From Methanomicrobiales archaeon (GTDB taxonomy: Archaea > Halobacteriota > Methanomicrobia > Methanomicrobiales > JACTUA01), in NCBI GenBank assembly GCA_029907705.1, contig JARYLJ010000001.1, positions 14,454 through 78,453 on the forward strand: DNA of 64,000 nucleotides. The letters run 5' to 3'. Numbering within the stretch: the stretch's first letter is position 1; each line of letters opens with the position of its first letter. The position numbers and the translations under genes are program-made. The notes beneath the pieces are model-generated. The model ran no database searches and had not been told where the DNA came from. It saw only the letters and a program-made list of their open reading frames with translations. Below are positions 29,371-38,985 of the stretch, piece by piece.

Positions 29371-32300
29371 ATGCCACCTCCCGGTGGGATCTGCCGGCCA
29401 GGCGTCAGATCGTAGGTCCGGTTGTCCCCGCAGGCGAGCTCCACCGGCGACACAGGTATCCTGAGCACGTTCCCGGTGGCGTCCATGCAATGACCATGGA
29501 TGTAATACGATCCCGAAGGGGCCTCCAGCTGGTACGTGCTGCGGGGCTGCGGCTGCTCCAGCGTGCTCACCACCTGCATCTCCGCGATATCAACGAGCGA
29601 TATGCTGCTCTGCTGACAGGAACGCTCTGCACCTCCCGTCGTTCTGAAGGTCCCCCGCAGTACCGCGTTCCTCCGGCATACCTCGAAGAAGGCGAGATCG
29701 CCCCCCAGGAGGTTCTGATCCTCGCCATACAGGGAGGTTCTGATCGCATACACCCCCTCCGGCCAGGCCGCACCCACCCTGCCCAGGGAACGCACGATGA
29801 GCCGGCTCGTGAGCGGCTGCATATCCGCGATATACCGGTCCTTCACCTCACCGGAAGGCCCGAGCACCTCCTGAATATATGTCCCGTTCCCTTTCCACCC
29901 ACCGCCGGTCACTGCTGTCTCCGCCTGCACCAGGGCTCCGTCCCCGACACGACTCTGATCCATGAAAACGGCGACCGCACTGCCAGTGGAGAAGAAGATC
30001 CTCTCCTTCGAGAGCGAGACGATCCGGCCACTATCCTTCATGACCAGTTCTCCCATCAGGACACAGGTGCCATTCGCCTCCCCGGCGCCGATAACGAGCT
30101 TCTCCGGGAGCCGCCCGAAATAGTTCTTCCTGACGTAGTCATCGCTGATCGGCATTTTATCGCTCCTCCAGTCCGGATAGTACATGACGCCGCCGTCCGG
30201 GAGCGCGAGCATGATGAACGCCTCCATCTCCTCCGCACCCGCGCTGTCGATCCTCACGAGGAGCGGAGTCTCCTCACCGGGGGAGAGCGCCTTCTGCAGC
30301 GGTACGACCTGGATGCGCGGGATCACGCCAGGCGGGAACAGAGGCGTTATCGTGACATTCCGTATCTTCCATGCCTCCAGATTCTCTGAGGCATGGGGGT
30401 TCCTCTGGTGTATGAACGAGATCAGGTTCTCCGCATCGGGTCTGATATCGGATGCATTGATGGGGAAGCTGAAGAGAGACCAGCCCGCTGTGGCAGGAAC
30501 TGCGCCGATGGTGACGCCCCCCTCGTCCTCCAGGATAGGATCGGAACCCATAATGCCGCCCAGATATCGGTTGAGATGCACCACCACCTCGCCATCGGAG
30601 ATCTCTCCTGCCTCGAAGGTGAGGAGGTGATCCAGCGGTCTCCCCATGAATGCATATGCAGCATCGTCCGGATACGCGGGCGCTCCCGCTTCGCCCGCTT
30701 CGATCTGATCGAGCGGACGAATGATGAACGATGTTTCGCCACGTCCGCCGCGCCCCTGAACGTCGATCCCCTCCACCACGATCCGGTGCTCTCCCAGGGA
30801 GAGGCGGTCGATCGGGATCGTGGAGCCGTAATCCACAGCGATCGGTACGCCGTCGTCCAGGATATACGCCGCAGAGGCGAGAGGCCGGGGTGCCCGGAAC
30901 CGGAGCCCGATGGAGCGGCGGACGTACTCTGCATGCTGCTCGGGAGAGAGGATCGTGATGGTAAAGTCGGGTTCCTCCACCAGAACCGGAAATGTCGGGG
31001 TGCCATCATCGCTGTCCGAACTGCCCCCTTCGGACGTGGATGCCCGCACCCTGAAGGTGACCGAACTCGTGTTCTCGTTCCCGCCATAGTCCTCGATGAA
31101 GACCTCTAGCAGGTGGAGACCGTCACTCAGGCTGCTGAGCGTCGTGTTCGGAACAAAGCTCACATTCTCGCCGCCGTCCAGGCGGTACCACCAATTACTG
31201 ATGTCCGGATCCTGGGAGCGAACACGGAGCGCGACTGTGCTCGAGGTGTATGTCATGCCCTCGAGCGGGGAGATGATCTCAAAGGAAGGTGGGGCCGTAT
31301 CTCCACCCGAGGCACGCGTCAGGGGGCGATAGTCGCCGCCCGCACCGATCTGCCCCGATGCATTGTACGGGAGCATCGTGTCCCCCAGGCCGTCGCCGTC
31401 GAGATCCATGCCACTGTAATCGTGCCAGTAATTGCCTCCCAGGTAGGGGCCTCCGATGATGCTCACTCCCGGTGTCCTGGTGATGTTCCAGCGGTTCGGC
31501 ATGGAGGGGGCACTGCCCTCCAGCAGCACATTCCACCGGTTCTGGAAGATGTTGTCGTACACCAGGTTCTCCCTGCACCCGCCGATCATCCTGAGGCCCA
31601 CATACTGGGTCTCCCCGATGGTGCTCCTGATCTGAGAGCCCCTGATCACGTTTCCGCTCGCATACCTCAGCACGATCCCGTCGCCCATCCCGCCGTTGTC
31701 CCTGATCGTGGAATTCGCAATCGTGATCTCCTCGCATTTGGTGAGTGCGATGCCTTCCTCCGTATTCGTCTCGACCAGGCAGTCCTCGATCGTGCCCCCG
31801 ACCGTCCCAACCATCAGGATGCCATCATGGCTGCCGGTCGCCGTCGAACTGGCGATGGATACATCCGTCGAATTGTGGACTTCGATCCCGTTCATACAGA
31901 GGCCGGCGGTGAGGTGATGGAGGCGGGCGCCGCTCGTATTGTACAGCAGGATGCCCTGTGAATTTTCGGAGAGCGTGAAACCACTGATTGAGATGTTTCT
32001 GCAGTCGATGCAGGCGAGGTATCCCAGAGCGGGATATATACCGGGGGAAAAAACCCGATCCGTTGCACCGCTGAAGAAATATATCCCTTTTCCGTCCACC
32101 GTGTTGCCCGGGTCGATATCGGGGTGCAGGGCATCGGGATCGGGATCCTCAGGCAGGAGATAGACAAAATTGTACCTGTTCCGATCCATCCGGTTCTCCC
32201 GCATCGTGAGATCGTAGGTGGGGTGCCTGATCTGCATACCCTCTGTGCACCCGGTGACCGTGTTGTTCCTGACGAGAAGCCCGTCTCCATCCAGGCGGAT

Positions 32301-35300
32301 GCCCATGATGGTGCCGCCGATTCCGAGGAGTGACGAGGCGACGGTATTATCCTCCACCTCCGCACCGCCCCATGACTCCACCGAGAGCAGGGTGATCGAA
32401 TCCGAGGATGCGAGATCTCCGGACCATGATATCCGGTTCCCCCGGACGATCACCCCGCCACCTTCGCCGTTGGATACCAGGACTGTGCTGTTGACGATGT
32501 CATTCCCCTCTATCGTATCGGCCAGTTCGATTCCGGTGAAGGTGTCGGTCCCGTGCTGCAGAAGGATCGCGATGCTGTCATCCTCGAACACATTCCCTGC
32601 CACATGGTATCCGGCTCCGGAGAGGCGGATCCCGATTCCGTGCACCGAGAAACGGTTTCCCTCGATCGTGGTATTCAGCGCTGGATATCTCGAATCGCGA
32701 TGAGTGACGATACCCGTGCTCGAGGCGAGATCCTCCCTGAATCCGATGAAGGTGTTGTTGCGGATCTCGACATCCTCCACTGCCATGTCATCCGTCCCAC
32801 CTGCACGGATCGCATAACGGTACGAGCGGAAGGTGAATCCTTCCACCTTCGTGCCCGAAGCACTGATATCGAGGGCGGGTGCATCCTCACCCTGTGACTC
32901 CAGGACCACATCGCCCGTGGCAAGCAGATCCAGCCTTCGATCCAGGATGACGTGCTCGGTATAACGTCCGCTGCAGACCTGGATCGTATCGTGGAACGAG
33001 TCGCTATCGACCGATGCTGTCACCGCGTCCTGGATCCGCGTGAACTCTGCTCCCGGGCATTCCAGGCGATCGTCATCCACCTGTAGAACGACCGGGTGAT
33101 CCCTCGGCGGATATGCATTGATCACGAATGTGATCGAGGATCTGTTCTCGTTGCCTGACGTATCGTTCACCGCCACTGCCAGCTCGTGTTCGCCGTTCGC
33201 GAGTCCCTCGAAGGTGATATTCGGGATGAAGGTCGTATTTTCACCCCCGTCCAGCCGGTACCACCAGGTGGAGACATCGGCATCGGGGGATGAGACGTTC
33301 AGGAACACGACCGGAGTCACACCCGGAGAGAATGTGTAGGTCGTGTTCCTGGGTTCGTGCACCACGATCGTCGGCGGGAACGTATCGGGAACCGCGTTCG
33401 AGGTGAGTGGGAGGTGGTCCCCCCCGTTCGCAATGTTTCCATTGCACCTGTACGGGATCTCCGTATCGCCCAGGCCGTCGCCGTCGAGATCCATGCCACT
33501 GTAATCGTGCCAGTAATTGCCTCCCAGGTAGGGGCCTCCGATGATGCTCACTCCCGGTGTCCTGGTGATGTTCCAGCGGTTCGAGGAGGTGACAATGTAA
33601 TCCTGGATGTTCGCCACGGAATTGGAGAAGTAATTGTTGAATATCAGGTTGCCGCCCGATTCTGCGCCCATGAAGATGCCCGTATCCTGCCTCCCATGGG
33701 TGGTGTTCAGAAGGGTGCTGTTATAGACGAGATTTTCGGTGGAGAAGTCCATATAGAGGCCCCTGTCCCGGTTGTCCCTGATCGTGAGGTTCTCGAGGGT
33801 CGTGTTCCTCGAATGGTCGAGCCAGATTCCCCACCGATCGTTCCTCTCGACGATCGCGTCTGCAATTGTGCAGTCCCTGCTCTCGAAGATCAGGATCCCG
33901 TTTCCACGATCCCCGCCTCCATCACCGCTTTCAGCGAAGGCAGAATCACCGATCGTGATCTCACTTGTGTTGTACAGCTCGAGGCCGGTGTGATAGTTTC
34001 GTGAGAGGTTCACATGCCGCATGGTGGAGTCCGCCACATCATACAGGAGGATCCCCTGAAGGTTGCCGGTGAAGGTAAAATTCTCGATCAGGAGGTGGTC
34101 TCCCGATATGACTGCGAGATATGCGGCATCCGGCAGGGTCGCGTTGCTGAGGGTGGCGCCGCTCAGATCGTGGAGGTAGTAGATCGCACCCTCCGAGGCG
34201 CCATCGCCGATCCTGTTGCTCGTGTCGATATCGTTGTCGAGCATCTCGGCGTAGACCACAGGATGGGAGGTCTCGATATCGAAACCGAATGCATATTCGG
34301 TTCCCACGATCCTGTTCCTGCGCATCGTCACGTTGAAGGGGACCACCGAGTTCGCCGCAGATGTACCGGGTGTCGCCAGAAGTGCCAGTTCGATCCCGCG
34401 CTCCGTCCCGGAGATGAGATTATCCCCGAGATAGTTGTCATTCCCGTTCCTGATCGCAATCCCTGCCGTTTGCTGTGACAATGTCCCCGAAATCGTATTC
34501 CCTGTGACACGATTCCTCCGCCCCCAGATGCTGATCGAACCGTTGTTTATGATGTTGTCCTCGATGAGCACGTCGCTTGCTCGGTTCACATGGATCGCAG
34601 GCGAGAGGAATGCGGATGAGAGTTCGAACGTATTCCTGTATATCATGTTCTGATACGATGGGTAGACATACCAGAATGGATTGTTGTCGAAATCGGTCAC
34701 CGATATCGTGCCGTTCCGGATCGTATTGTTCTGTATTGTGTTTGCAGAGGCAGCGTACACCGTGACGCCCCCCTCGATGGTATTGTCCCTGATCGTATTC
34801 CCGTTCGATCCGGATACGATATACATCCCCTCGAGTATGTTGTCCCTGATCAGATGCCCGCCCGATCTTCCCTGATCGGTGTACTGCCATGTGCCACCGA
34901 CGTTTCGCCAGGTGGTATTCGCTGTTCGGATCGCGGAAGGGCTCCGCACATGCCAGGTGGGTGCGTACACATGACTGATGTTGAGACCCTGCACCGTGCA
35001 CCCGGAACTCGCGAGGGAGAGGATATCCCCGTTCTGCCATTCCTGGAGCGTGGTCTGGTTCCCCCAGAGCTGCGGCATCCCCTGCGTCGCACTCAACACG
35101 CCGGTGAGGTTCACGCTCGTCTTCACCACCAGATTCTCCTGATACACGCCGTAGTATACCAGGATCGTATCTCCGTCCATCGAACTGTCGAGCGCATCCT
35201 GGATCCTATGGAAGTCCGCCGGAGGCACGGGTATATCCCCATCGTCATCGTCCACCGTGATGGTCATCGGAGAACGGGCGAGAGTGGTGAAGTTGAAAGT

Positions 35301-36416
35301 CGCGCTCACCGCCGAAAGAGCTTCGTCGGCAACGCTCACCGAATGGCAGCGGAAATAGTAGTTGGTCGCGGATGCGAGGCCAGACAGGTATATGGAGGGA
35401 GAGGTGGTCGCGTTCTCCCATGAGGACCAGGTGCCGTCGCTCAGATCCGGTTCGATCCCGTACAGTACACGGTTGTTGCTCGGTACGCCATTCAGGATCG
35501 ACCATTCGATCCTCGCCGAGTTCGCGCCGATCTCCGCGACATCCGGGACCCCGATCAGGGGGGGTATCGAGGGCGAAAATACGGGCATCAGGGGATAGAG
35601 ATCCTGGTTCATTCCTCCGGCGATCGGGTAGGGCGTATCCCCGACACCATCGGCGTTGTCGTCCACGCCGGTGTAATCGCTGTACCGGTTACCCTTCCCG
35701 AGCGTGGAGCTGTACCATCGGTTCGACGTGCCGTCGTCGTAGGTGTTGTAGTACCACCCTTCGCCCATAGGATAATCGATCTCGTTGAAGTAGAGGAGGT
35801 TTCCCCCTGACTGGGATAAATAGAGGCCGTATCCCTGCCCCATCTCCCCACCGGGGATGACCGTGCCCCTGATCGTATTGTTCAGGATGACGTTGTCGTT
35901 GGAAAAGTAGACGTAAATTCCTCTCCAGGTATCCTCGATCGTATTGTTGTCGATCGTATTCCCGTCCGCAGGCATCCCATCGTTGAAGAGGTAGATGCCC
36001 GTGTCATGCATCCATGTCGATTCTCCTGTCCTGGAGATGCGATTGTTCCGGACCGTGTTGCCATTGGAGGCGATGCGGATACCGGCGTGGATCTGCATCG
36101 CCTTTCCGATCCCCTCGATATGGAACCCCTCGACCGTGCACCCATCTCCCGTGATGCGGATCACATCCCCGGTGAAGGAACCATTGATCACCACAACACC
36201 TGCACCGATCAGGTGAACTGGTTTATCCAGCTCGATGTTCTCGAAATATGTGCCGCTCTGGACGCTGATCGTATCCCCGTTTCCCGCTGCATCGATCGCA
36301 CCCTGTATGGTGCTGTAATCACCTGGTACATGCAGCTCCGCCGCAAATGAGAGAGGAACTGCGAGAGCCCAGAAGAAGAGGCAACAGAGAGGAAGAAGAT
36401 TCTTTAATGATTTCAT
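29367..36416 (-). CDS. giant (2349 aa) secreted multi-module beta-helix adhesin/S-layer-like protein
   Basis: Uninterrupted 7-kb ORF. Signal peptide MKSLKNLLPLCCLFFWALAVPLSFA, GGAG RBS 9 nt upstream. Repeated PbH1/NosD-type modules (TIQGAIDAAGNGDTISVQSGTYFENI; GGNYWHDYSGMDLDGDGLGDT) and Ig-like modules (WWYRLDGGEN). The last ~550 aa have no recognisable repeats. Confidence 0.9.
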   Translation of the reverse strand: MKSLKNLLPLCCLFFWALAVPLSFAAELHVPGDYSTIQGAIDAAGNGDTISVQSGTYFENIELDKPVHLIGAGVVVINGSFTGDVIRITGDGCTVEGFHIEGIGKAMQIHAGIRIASNGNTVRNNRISRTGESTWMHDTGIYLFNDGMPADGNTIDNNTIEDTWRGIYVYFSNDNVILNNTIRGTVIPGGEMGQGYGLYLSQSGGNLLYFNEIDYPMGEGWYYNTYDDGTSNRWYSSTLGKGNRYSDYTGVDDNADGVGDTPYPIAGGMNQDLYPLMPVFSPSIPPLIGVPDVAEIGANSARIEWSILNGVPSNNRVLYGIEPDLSDGTWSSWENATTSPSIYLSGLASATNYYFRCHSVSVADEALSAVSATFNFTTLARSPMTITVDDDDGDIPVPPADFHRIQDALDSSMDGDTILVYYGVYQENLVVKTSVNLTGVLSATQGMPQLWGNQTTLQEWQNGDILSLASSGCTVQGLNISHVYAPTWHVRSPSAIRTANTTWRNVGGTWQYTDQGRSGGHLIRDNILEGMYIVSGSNGNTIRDNTIEGGVTVYAASANTIQNNTIRNGTISVTDFDNNPFWYVYPSYQNMIYRNTFELSSAFLSPAIHVNRASDVLIEDNIINNGSISIWGRRNRVTGNTISGTLSQQTAGIAIRNGNDNYLGDNLISGTERGIELALLATPGTSAANSVVPFNVTMRRNRIVGTEYAFGFDIETSHPVVYAEMLDNDIDTSNRIGDGASEGAIYYLHDLSGATLSNATLPDAAYLAVISGDHLLIENFTFTGNLQGILLYDVADSTMRHVNLSRNYHTGLELYNTSEITIGDSAFAESGDGGGDRGNGILIFESRDCTIADAIVERNDRWGIWLDHSRNTTLENLTIRDNRDRGLYMDFSTENLVYNSTLLNTTHGRQDTGIFMGAESGGNLIFNNYFSNSVANIQDYIVTSSNRWNITRTPGVSIIGGPYLGGNYWHDYSGMDLDGDGLGDTEIPYRCNGNIANGGDHLPLTSNAVPDTFPPTIVVHEPRNTTYTFSPGVTPVVFLNVSSPDADVSTWWYRLDGGENTTFIPNITFEGLANGEHELAVAVNDTSGNENRSSITFVINAYPPRDHPVVLQVDDDRLECPGAEFTRIQDAVTASVDSDSFHDTIQVCSGRYTEHVILDRRLDLLATGDVVLESQGEDAPALDISASGTKVEGFTFRSYRYAIRAGGTDDMAVEDVEIRNNTFIGFREDLASSTGIVTHRDSRYPALNTTIEGNRFSVHGIGIRLSGAGYHVAGNVFEDDSIAILLQHGTDTFTGIELADTIEGNDIVNSTVLVSNGEGGGVIVRGNRISWSGDLASSDSITLLSVESWGGAEVEDNTVASSLLGIGGTIMGIRLDGDGLLVRNNTVTGCTEGMQIRHPTYDLTMRENRMDRNRYNFVYLLPEDPDPDALHPDIDPGNTVDGKGIYFFSGATDRVFSPGIYPALGYLACIDCRNISISGFTLSENSQGILLYNTSGARLHHLTAGLCMNGIEVHNSTDVSIASSTATGSHDGILMVGTVGGTIEDCLVETNTEEGIALTKCEEITIANSTIRDNGGMGDGIVLRYASGNVIRGSQIRSTIGETQYVGLRMIGGCRENLVYDNIFQNRWNVLLEGSAPSMPNRWNITRTPGVSIIGGPYLGGNYWHDYSGMDLDGDGLGDTMLPYNASGQIGAGGDYRPLTRASGGDTAPPSFEIISPLEGMTYTSSTVALRVRSQDPDISNWWYRLDGGENVSFVPNTTLSSLSDGLHLLEVFIEDYGGNENTSSVTFRVRASTSEGGSSDSDDGTPTFPVLVEEPDFTITILSPEQHAEYVRRSIGLRFRAPRPLASAAYILDDGVPIAVDYGSTIPIDRLSLGEHRIVVEGIDVQGRGGRGETSFIIRPLDQIEAGEAGAPAYPDDAAYAFMGRPLDHLLTFEAGEISDGEVVVHLNRYLGGIMGSDPILEDEGGVTIGAVPATAGWSLFSFPINASDIRPDAENLISFIHQRNPHASENLEAWKIRNVTITPLFPPGVIPRIQVVPLQKALSPGEETPLLVRIDSAGAEEMEAFIMLALPDGGVMYYPDWRSDKMPISDDYVRKNYFGRLPEKLVIGAGEANGTCVLMGELVMKDSGRIVSLSKERIFFSTGSAVAVFMDQSRVGDGALVQAETAVTGGGWKGNGTYIQEVLGPSGEVKDRYIADMQPLTSRLIVRSLGRVGAAWPEGVYAIRTSLYGEDQNLLGGDLAFFEVCRRNAVLRGTFRTTGGAERSCQQSSISLVDIAEMQVVSTLEQPQPRSTYQLEAPSGSYYIHGHCMDATGNVLRIPVSPVELACGDNRTYDLTPGRQIPPGGGI
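31384..31498 (-). repeat. copy A of a 115-bp perfect direct repeat inside the giant gene
   Basis: Identical to 33469..33583. Encodes NRWNITRTPGVSIIGGPYLGGNYWHDYSGMDLDGDGLG. Confidence 0.95.
33469..33583 (-). repeat. copy B of the 115-bp perfect direct repeat inside the giant gene
   Basis: Identical to 31384..31498. The flanks diverge immediately on both sides. Confidence 0.95.
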
Positions 36417-36475
36417 TCAATTTGCTCCTGAAAACCCCGTAGATGAGAACTCTTCAAGGGGACATCCCATATTTT

Positions 36476-36485
36476 TACATAAAAA
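36476..36485 (-). promoter_or_regulatory. TATA-like box (TTTTTATGTA) for the giant-protein operon
   Basis: Lies in an AT-rich patch 36460-36600, about 60-70 nt upstream of ATG 36416. Same box type as at other promoters in the window. Confidence 0.35.
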
Positions 36486-36751
36486 GGTTTCGTTTTATTT
36501 TCAAAAAGAAGTCCTTTCTTTCAGCTTCAGCAGGAAGAACACTCGTCAATGAGGGAAAAATGATATCCATGACCTTTTTTTCTGGATGGAATTACCTGGA
36601 GCGGAGAAAGAACGGATATGGGATACTGGATGTGTGCATGCCTGTCGATCCATGATTGTGCCTGAAGGGGGAGAGCCAAACGGCCGGTTACATTCGAAGA
36701 GAACGTAAAGCACCGGTCCATCTCACCCTTTCATCACATTCATCGCAGGTT

Positions 36752-37105
36752 TCATTCCTCTCCTCCCGCGCGCTCTCCTCCTCCGAGACGGTGCGGCCTT
36801 CCCGCGATGCGCCCGAGCGTGACAACGAATGCGATCCCTCTGCCTGGTCTCTCCAGTTCCAGCCTCTGCACGATCGCCTCCAGCACCCGGTCCGTCTGCT
36901 CCAGATCTACGATGGTGAAGACGATCTCCTTCTCGGGCTCGATTGGAATCCCCAGAATCGACTCCTTCTCGTGAATCCCCGTTCCTCTTCCCATGAGTAC
37001 GGTACCACCTTCGGCACCCGCCTCTCGCGAGGCCGCTATGACCTCTTCCGCCCAGCCCCTGTTCACGATGGTCACGATCAGATCCTTGCAACCTTCACAC
37101 CGCAT
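36752..37105 (-). CDS. P-II family signal-transduction protein (DUF1538-associated type)
   Basis: 117 aa, LIVTIVNRGWAEEVIAASREAGAEGGTVLMGRGTG...EKEIVFTIV...GIAFVVTLGRIAG. Overlaps the upstream membrane gene by 11 nt. Confidence 0.75.
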   Translation of the reverse strand: MRCEGCKDLIVTIVNRGWAEEVIAASREAGAEGGTVLMGRGTGIHEKESILGIPIEPEKEIVFTIVDLEQTDRVLEAIVQRLELERPGRGIAFVVTLGRIAGRPHRLGGGERAGGEE

Positions 37106-37832
37106 CTCTCTTCACCTTCCTGATTCGCAGCACGACACCCAGCACGAGCACCGCGAGAATCGGTGCCAGTGCGATGAATGCGACCAAGCCGAAGCCATCT
37201 ATGACTGGTGTCCTGCCTTCTATCGCGCTCGATGCACCCACAGAGACCGCGAGCAGGAAGGTCACCGCCATCGGACCGGTCGCCACGCCCCCTGCATCGA
37301 ATGCGATACCGATGAAATCCCTGTCTGCAAAAGGGAGAAGGACGATGGCAGAGATATAACCTGCCATGATGGTGGGGAGAAAGGGTATGTCATAGACCAG
37401 CCTGGCCATGCCGAGTGCCACAAAACCCGCCACCCCTGAGGCGAGGGTGTAGAGAAGGAGAGGACTTCGGATATAGCCAGTGGATGCCCTTTCCACCTCC
37501 GAACAGAGGATCCTCACCGCTGGCTCGGCGATGGTGGTCAGGAACCCCAGAATAAAACTGATCGGGATGATGATCCACCGGTAACCCTGTCCTCCGAGAT
37601 AGATACCGAGGCTCTCACCTGCGGGTAAAAATGCCACTCTCAACCCCTGCAGAAAGAGCACCATGCCGGCGAAGGTGAGCACGACACCCTTCATCAGGTT
37701 CGAGAAGTAGGCGGCGGGGTACCTGAGGTAGAAGACCTGGAAGGCAAGGAAGAAGAGGACGAGGGTCACGAGTACGAGAGCCACATCCCTGGCAGTGAAT
37801 TCGATCCCGGAAAAAGGCCCGCTGAACATCAT
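37095..37832 (-). CDS. DUF1538-family integral membrane protein
   Basis: 245 aa, polytopic, conserved AFDAGGVATGPMAVTFLLA motif. 4-nt overlap with the upstream paralogue. Confidence 0.75.
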   Translation of the reverse strand: MMFSGPFSGIEFTARDVALVLVTLVLFFLAFQVFYLRYPAAYFSNLMKGVVLTFAGMVLFLQGLRVAFLPAGESLGIYLGGQGYRWIIIPISFILGFLTTIAEPAVRILCSEVERASTGYIRSPLLLYTLASGVAGFVALGMARLVYDIPFLPTIMAGYISAIVLLPFADRDFIGIAFDAGGVATGPMAVTFLLAVSVGASSAIEGRTPVIDGFGLVAFIALAPILAVLVLGVVLRIRKVKRDAV

Positions 37833-38527
37833 CCCACGAGCACCCCCAGTGCCATCACACCCAGGATCGGCCCGATGGAGGCGAGTCCGATGAGGCCGAA
37901 ACCATCCGAGAGGGACGAACGCCCGCCGAGGACCGTACTGATGCCGAGGCCGAACGCAAGGATGAATGGGACGGTGAGGGGGCCGGTGGTCACGCCGCCT
38001 GCGTCGAACGCGATGGCGAGATAACGGACCGGTGTGAAGATGGAAAGGAGGAGGACCAGGGCATATCCTGCCGCGAGGAGGTACGAGATGGGGATGCCCC
38101 TGACGATCCTGACGATCGCCACCATCACGAAAAATCCCACACCTGCACCGATGACCGCGAGGAGCAGAGCTCTGGAGATCGTCCCTCCGGAGGCGAGGTC
38201 GATCATTCCGGTGAGCACCTGCACATCCGGTTCTGCCGCCGTCGTGAAGAACCCCAGCGCGAAAGCCATGATGAGGATGAGGGGCAGGGAGCCCTTCTTG
38301 GGCAGTTCCGAACCCAGCGCGTTTCCCATCGGCAGCAGTCCCGCCCTCACCCCCACGAGGAAGAGGGCGAAGCCGATGATCACCATCACGATGCCTGCAG
38401 AGAGTTCGAGGAGGGAAGGGAGGGGGGTGCGGAAAAGGACAGTTTCACTGAAGAGAATGACGGTGATGATGGGAACGACTGCCTTCAGCACATATCCAAT
38501 CGTCCCGCGGAACTTATCCTGCATCAT
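37829..38527 (-). CDS. DUF1538-family integral membrane protein (paralogue)
   Basis: Motif AFDAGGVTTGPLTVPFILA. ORF 37829..38599 is trimmed to the ATGATG at 38527. Confidence 0.75.
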   Translation of the reverse strand: MMQDKFRGTIGYVLKAVVPIITVILFSETVLFRTPLPSLLELSAGIVMVIIGFALFLVGVRAGLLPMGNALGSELPKKGSLPLILIMAFALGFFTTAAEPDVQVLTGMIDLASGGTISRALLLAVIGAGVGFFVMVAIVRIVRGIPISYLLAAGYALVLLLSIFTPVRYLAIAFDAGGVTTGPLTVPFILAFGLGISTVLGGRSSLSDGFGLIGLASIGPILGVMALGVLVG

Positions 38528-38985
38528 CGCTGCGGCTCCATGTCCCCGGACCATTCCGATACCGATCCGGCCGGCACTCCATCTCTTCGCTGCAGGCATT
38601 TATCATAGCTACGCACCGGTGGGGCGATGGAGTGAAGATCTGCCACCTTCCTTTTTTTCAGCCGATTCTGCAGGCGCAGATGAGGGGATACCCGCATGAT
38701 CGGAGCCATGACCCGGTGCCCATCGGGCTGAATTCGAACCCTGCGTTGTTTCCATCGGCGGTCTGCATGTCATCGCCCTCACCATACGATCGCCCTTTCT
38801 GTTCATTCGATCCCGATGGTGCCCGACGACGAAGTGCCATGATACGGGAGTTCCTAAAAAACATTTTGTGAACCTCCATCCAGGGCAAACGAGGCGAATG
38901 GAGGATTCTCATTGCCCTTCCCATGACATTCGCCACAACCCGGATCTCCCCCTCCTCGTCTGGGAGTTTGCATGTCGGAGGCCCG

